From the human T2T-CHM13v2.0 reference genome, Homo sapiens: a DNA stretch of 64,000 nucleotides. A program made the position numbers and the translations under genes. Numbering within the stretch: the stretch's first letter is position 1; every line of letters begins with the position of its first letter. The notes under the pieces were generated by a model. The model saw only the letters and a list, made by a program, of their open reading frames with translations, had not been told where the DNA came from and did no database searches. The stretch lies in the NCBI GenBank assembly GCA_009914755.4, contig CP068257.2:44576001-44640000 (forward strand), read 5' to 3'. Below, in pieces: positions 59,987 to 64,000 of the stretch.

Positions 59987-60780
59987 CAAGTAATATGGTT
60001 TGGATTTGTGTCCCTACCCAAATCTCATGTTGAACTGTAATCCCCAATGTTGGAGGAGGGGCCTGGTGGGAAGTGATTGTATCATGGGGGTGGAATCCCC
60101 CTGGCTGTTCTCATGATAGTGAGCTCTCACGAGATCTGGTTAAGTGTGTGACAACTCCCCCTCACTGTTCTCATGATAGTGAGCTCTCACGAGATCTGGT
60201 TAAGTGTGTGACAACTCCCCTTCGCTGTTGTCATGATAGTGAGCTCTCACGAGATGTGGTTGTGTGACAACTCCCCCTCACTGTTCTCATGATAGTGAGC
60301 TCTCAACAAGATCTGGTTAAGTGTGTGGCAACTCACCCTCGCTGTTCTCATGATAGTGAGCTCTCAGGAGATCTGGTTAAGTGTGTGGAAACTCCCCCTT
60401 GCTGTTCTCATGAAAGTGAGCCTCGCGAGACCTGGTTAAGTGTGCAGCACCTCCCCCTTGCTGTTCTCATTACAGTGAGCTGTCACGAGATCTGGTTGTT
60501 TAGAAGTGTGTGGCACCTCCCACTTTGCTGTTCTCATGATAGTGAGCTCTCACGAGATCTGGTTAAGCATGTGGCATCTCCCCCTTCTCTCTCTCTTCCT
60601 CCTGCTTTGGCCATGTAAGACATGCCTCCCTCCCCTTAGCCTTCCACCATGATTGTGGGTTTCCTGAGGCCTCCCCAGCCATGCTTCCTGTACAGCCGAG
60701 CCAATTAAACCTCTTTATAAAGTACCCAGTCTCAGATATTTCTTTAAAGCAGTGTGAGAACGGACTAATACACCAAGTTT
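59987..60780 (+). mobile_element. MaLR (THE1/MST-like) LTR carrying an internal 57-bp tandem amplification
   Basis: THE1-type signature tatggtttgg.t.tgtccc.acccaaatctcatgttgaactgtaatccccaatgttggagg.ggggcctggtgggaagtgattg.atcatggggg ... ccatgattgtg.gtttcctgaggcctccccagccatgcttcctgtacagcc.agccaattaaacctctttataaa.tacccagtctcag. Confidence 0.7.
60095..60585. repeat. 57-bp tandem array x about 8 (tgttctcatgatagtgagctctcacgagatctggttaagtgtgtgacaactccccctcgc) inside the MaLR LTR
   Basis: the LTR-internal segment is single-copy in the THE1 consensus but repeated head-to-tail here; ORFs 60073..60267 and 60289..60618 are artefacts of it. Confidence 0.85.
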
Positions 60781-61174
60781 ATGGAATAAAAATTGAAATA
60801 ATCAAATCTAAAGTTTCAACTTAAAATCATGAGCAAAACAGACTGTAAATCCAAGCATTAAAACATAAACCTACACTTCCGAGTTCCCATCACACATAAG
60901 AGGAATACCCGGCCCTGGCCCACAACCCTGCCCTGCCCACTCCACCTCTTGGAAACCCCACAGGGGAAAACCCTTCCTGACCTGCCACAACTCTCTGGGG
61001 ACTGCTCCTCTACATCCGGCAACACCAGCACCAGCTTCCAAAACACATGCTCCTGCCTCCCAGGGAGGTGCTCAGCCACGAGGGATGGCAGGTCCAGAGA
61101 CGCCCATGCCACATCACTGGGAGGAACAGACCACCGTGGATTAGCCAGTGTGTGAGACCCTTGCAGGAGCAGCA

Positions 61175-61360
61175 CACACATCCTATGAGCAGGAAGGGGC
61201 AGGTTGGAGGAAAATCAGGTTCAGAGATTGAACTGCAAACTAGAAACCAAGTCTGGAGCTCATCGAAGAGACCTCAGTTGGAGATGCATGAAGGGGGCTG
61301 CCAGTGTGACAGATTGGGGAACGGGGATCACCAGGGGGTGCGCAGAAGGGTGCAGCATGA
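61175..61360. repeat. copy 1 of a ~185-bp direct duplication (copy 2 at 62185-62355, about 85% identity)
   Basis: ...atcctatgagcaggaaggggcaggttggaggaaaatcaggttcagagattgaactgcaaactagaaaccaagtctggagctca... versus ...atcctatgagcaggaaggggcagggtggggaaaaatcaggtttagaggttgaactgccaactggaaaccaagtctggaactca... Confidence 0.75.
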
Positions 61361-61365
61361 CAGAC

Positions 61366-61434
61366 CTCAGCAGCTGCTGGTAGAAGTGCTGAACCTTCAT
61401 CTGGTGAGCTGTCTTGTTTCTGAGCCGCCTTAAC
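61366..61434 (-). CDS. candidate 69-nt coding exon (R)[22 protein letters not shown](R)
   Basis: acceptor cctttgcag|G TTA AGG; donor CTG CTG AG|gtctgt; phase fits between the 63.4-63.6 kb exon and the 58.0-58.3 kb exon. Confidence 0.35.
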
Positions 61435-63378
61435 CTGCAAAGGAAAGCAGAATGACAGTGTCCCCGCAGGAGCTTAGTGAGAAGTACTGGCTAGTGTCCC
61501 CTGGGGAATACTCAGGAGACTGAAAAACACATTTTCTGCCAATGAAACGGGTTAGAGGATTCCTTCATTCCACAAATATCATGTTAAGTATCCACTGTGT
61601 GCTGGCTATGGGAGATTCAGCAATAAACAGACAAAATCCTGCCCTTTGAGAACATAGGCTCTAATGGGGAGAGAACAGCATCTCTAAGTGGCTGGCCTGG
61701 CATGTGTGAGGTGTCGGCACTGTGGGCAAATGCTGCCAGGTGGGGCTGGAGCCAGGCAGGGTGCGTGTTGCAGTCTCACTCAGGGTGGTCAGGTGATATG
61801 TGAGCAAAGACCTGAAGGAAACAGGGGGAGCCAGCGTGACAACTTCTGGAAACAGCAGAGGGCATGGCTATGCCAGGCCATAGCTGGACCTGGTGTGTTT
61901 GGGGAGAGCAGTGAGGGCAGCGAGGGAGGGGTTGGGTCCACAATGCAGAGACTCGGGGAGCGCTAGGGACGCCGCCGAGAGGCAACGCCACCTGGCTGAG
62001 CTGTTGGAGGATCCCTCTGTTGTGGTGCTGAGGACACGATTGGGGCCCAGGGTGGAAGCTGGCAGACAGGTGCTGCAGCAACATTCCAGTGAGGTGGAGA
62101 GAACTGCCATGCCCTCGGTGCTGGGTCTGAGAGAGATGCAAGCCCAGGTTTGTGCCCTAAGCGCAGGAGGACAGGACGGCATCCTATGAGCAGGAAGGGG
62201 CAGGGTGGGGAAAAATCAGGTTTAGAGGTTGAACTGCCAACTGGAAACCAAGTCTGGAACTCAGGGAAGAGGCCTCAGTTGGAGATGCATGATGGGGGCT
62301 GTCAGTGACAGACAGGGGTGACAGGGCTATCACCAGGGGGTGCGCAGAAGGGCAGAGGGCAGAGGTCTGGGCTGAGGGGGCAGGGTGGAGGGCTCAGACA
62401 AGGAGACTGAGGCTGACAAGGGCAGCTACGGAGGGGGGACACAAGAAGCCATGACTCCAGGAGAAGGCCAGGTCACTATGTGAAGGCAGCCATGGGTCAG
62501 AGGAGCCAGGCCCAGCCCTGGCCTCACAGCATGCCTCCAACAGGCTGGGACTGCCACCCCACTGCCGGCGCAGAACCTGATGGGGCTAAATGAAACCCAC
62601 AAGACAGTTTTCAGAGGGAACATCCAGTGATGACCAGGAGGAGGACAAGACATGACATGAGGCCCCAGCGGTGTGCCTGCTAGGCCCTCCAGGCTGCCTC
62701 CCCAGTCCCCACCCACTGGGAGGCCAGGGAGCCCTGAGGCCAGGCAAGAGGTGGCACCTACATGGGTTCTAAATAAAGGCCAAGCCCAGCATGGCCAGGA
62801 ATGCAGGCTGAGGGGGGTCCTGGCATGGCCCTGAGGAGCCGGTTCTGCTCGGGGTGACCAGGAGGAGTGGCAGGGAGGACCAGGGCCACACCAAGGGGCC
62901 TCAAGAGGGAAATAATGGAGGGTGGAGGTGGAGCCTGGAAGATGCTGCCACAGAAAGGGGGCAGTGTGTGAAGGAGACGGCGGGAGGAACAGAGGGATGG
63001 GGCGGGGATGGGATCGGAAGACACAGGCCAGCGTGGACCTCCAGCTCCTCCAACAAGGATGGAAGTGGCAGGTACTTAAACTGGGACGAGCAGGAAAAGA
63101 ACACGTGATGCAGAGTCAGACTCAGGCACCAGGACGCTGAGTCTTTCAAGGTGAACTCAGAGCTCTGCTTTGCCAGTGGAACAAGTCACATGTCCACAAC
63201 TGTGGGAGACAACCTTCAAAATGCAACCCTGTGCCTGTCCTCGCCTCCAGGCTTCACCTATCTTCGCCTCCAGGCTTCACCTATCTTCACCCTCCAAACA
63301 CACACATTAATTCCGCTCCTGGTAAAACCAAGTGGGGGCAGGGGAGCCCTGACGAGGCAGGCGACAGCTGATGCTGAC

Positions 63379-63576
63379 CTGGTGCAGGAGATGCCCAATC
63401 TCCCTGCATGGCCCAGGTCCAGGAGGCCCCTGGCCAGGTTCTCTTCAGCAATGGGGCACTCTGCGCTGGGCGCCAGCGCCCTCAGCCGGTCGCTCACGTC
63501 CACGCAGCAGGGCGCAGCAGGGAAAGCCCGCATTTGGCGCCTCAGTTTCTTGCGGGCTGTGACAGCTTCCCTCCAC
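63379..63576 (-). CDS. candidate 198-nt coding exon (x)[65 protein letters not shown](R)
   Basis: ORF 63258..63602(-); acceptor ttttcatgtccccag|G TGG AGG; donor ACC AG|gtcagc; CpG-rich, repeat-free. Confidence 0.45.
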
Positions 63577-63782
63577 CTGGGGACATGAAAATGTATCATC
63601 ACAGAGTGTTTTCAGGGTCTTCAAACTGAGAAACACATTGCAGTCAGAACTCAGGCATGGGGAAGGAAGGACATCAAATGAGTGTGGTGAGCAATGAAAC
63701 TACCGAACGTTAACAGTTAATACTGAATGAGCTTTGGAGGCTGACTTGGCAATATGGATACAGATTTAAGATACATATACCC

Positions 63783-64000
63783 AGCTGGGTGCAGTGGCTC
63801 ACGCCTGTAATCCCAGCACTTTGGGAGGCCAAGGCGGGCGGACTGCCTGAGCTCAAGAGTTCAAGACCAGCCTGCGCAACACAGTGAAACCCAATCTCTA
63901 CTAAAATACAAAAAATTAGCCGGGCATGGTGGTGGGCGACTGTGGTCCCAGCTACTTGGGAGGCTGAGGCAGGAGAATCCCTTGAACCCAGGAGGTGGAG
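63783..64000 (+). mobile_element. Alu, truncated by the end of the window
   Basis: cccagctgggtgcagtggctcacgcctgtaatcccagcactttgggaggccaaggcgggcggactgcctgagctcaagagttcaagaccagcc... Confidence 0.9.

Noticed and set aside
60073-60618. 64-aa and 109-aa plus-strand ORFs with repeated CSHDSELSRDLVKCVTTPP
   Set aside because: They are the translation of the 57-bp tandem array inside the MaLR LTR.

Overview
This window is human nuclear DNA, not a prokaryotic locus, and I found no undescribed biological system in it. Nothing here is an operon, defence island or CRISPR array.

On the minus strand it contains coding exons 1-20 of lanosterol synthase (LSS, 22 exons in total). All splice phases are consistent across the 20 exons. 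Exons 21-22 and the 3'UTR lie before position 1.

The LSS TSS sits in a CpG island at about 34.8-36.3 kb that looks like a bidirectional promoter, with a stacked GC-box, a CCAAT box and a G-rich minisatellite.

About 6.3 kb beyond that, a second minus-strand gene ends at a stop codon at 41823. I reconstructed a splice-phase-consistent chain of nine coding exons for it between 63.6 kb and 41.8 kb. By position and synteny this is MCM3AP (GANP), which is an inference rather than a sequence identification. The divergent plus-strand transcript from the CpG island would be MCM3AP-AS1, also by inference.

Everything else is intronic or intergenic. More than 40% of it is interspersed repeats: about 26 Alu elements, an L1 3' fragment, two ~1 kb solo LTRs, and one MaLR (THE1/MST-like) LTR with an internal tandem amplification. 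There are four minisatellites, including a 45-bp x ~20 VNTR in LSS intron 17 whose units each carry CACGTG and AGGTCA.

I found no rRNA or tRNA genes. The long ORFs in the six-frame track over repeats and the CpG island are artefacts. The six-frame track uses prokaryotic start rules and fragments real exons, so exon calls rest on my own reading of splice sites and frame continuity. Coordinates are accurate to a few bases at best.
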